From the NCBI GenBank assembly GCA_977017645.1, contig OZ360225.1, positions 126,914,001 to 126,978,000 of the forward strand: a DNA stretch of 64,000 bases, given 5' to 3'. The position numbers and the translations under genes were made by a program. The stretch is from Torpedo marmorata (taxonomy: Eukaryota). Below, in pieces: positions 63,694 to 64,000 of the stretch. The notes under the pieces are model-generated. The model was not told the origin of the DNA, searched no databases, and saw only the letters and a program-made list of their open reading frames with translations. Position 1 is the stretch's first letter. Each line of letters opens with the position of its first letter.

Positions 63694-64000
63694 ACATCTC
63701 GATAACCTTGTTTAACTTGTCCTGGTCTTCTGCCTCGGCAAAAACAAATGTATTGAAAACATCTAGTGCTTGAGGTCCCACCACGGTAAGTAGCAGTGCA
63801 ATCTGCCATGCATCAGGTTTGCTATCGAGTCCAATCGCTTGCAGGTACAGCATGAATCTTTGCTTGAACAGCCTCCACTCGTGGTCGACATTTCCAGTCC
63901 AATTTACAGCGTCAGGAGCCTTTACACTCTCCATTTCTCTGCTGATGATGATTAATACACACTCTGCACACTCCTGATGTTTCTTCCAATCCTGTGCACA

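Larger units (their letters stand above)
60448..64000 (-). mobile_element. Gypsy-type LTR retrotransposon, internally deleted (no RT/RNase H core); 3' LTR 60448-60636, PPT 60637-60648, 5' LTR outside the window
   Basis: Gag start at 63934 (MESVKAP..EWRLFKQRF), RDQIVFG, double Zn knuckle, protease FKLDTG, integrase ORF 60753-61922 (HEGHLG, YWPG, TDLF, SDNG, GKAEK). PPT AAGGAAAGGGGA followed by the LTR TGTAATG...CATCACA. Confidence 0.92.

Overview
Eukaryotic, AT-rich genomic DNA. The repeat content (V-domain HE1-type SINEs, a Deu-type SINE, CR1 and Rex1/Babar LINEs, Penelope remnants) suggests a cartilaginous fish; this is an inference. The whole window lies inside one plus-strand gene, ZFHX4. 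Five coding exons can be assembled with GT-AG sites and matching phases: 23247-23366, 32340-32476, 35195-35395, 48575-48695, and a 5.4-kb exon at 50455-55857 that encodes four homeodomains and several C2H2 fingers. The upstream exons and the terminal exon appear to lie outside the window. The introns are full of transposon remnants, several of them nested, and there is a 214-N assembly gap. The most interesting signals are: (1) a full-consensus hammerhead ribozyme in the sense strand, trapped in a perfect 74-bp foldback within a larger palindrome around the gap; (2) a Gypsy LTR element with no tRNA primer-binding site, where the PBS position is exactly complementary (14 nt) to the LTR's own poly(A)-signal region, suggesting self-priming; (3) Penelope copies with a variant hammerhead core; (4) a DR5 retinoic-acid-response-like element in a TE-poor stretch; and (5) an inverted pair of similar LINEs flanking two exons. 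All coordinates were read by eye, no database searches were run, and comparisons to known proteins or repeat families are from memory.
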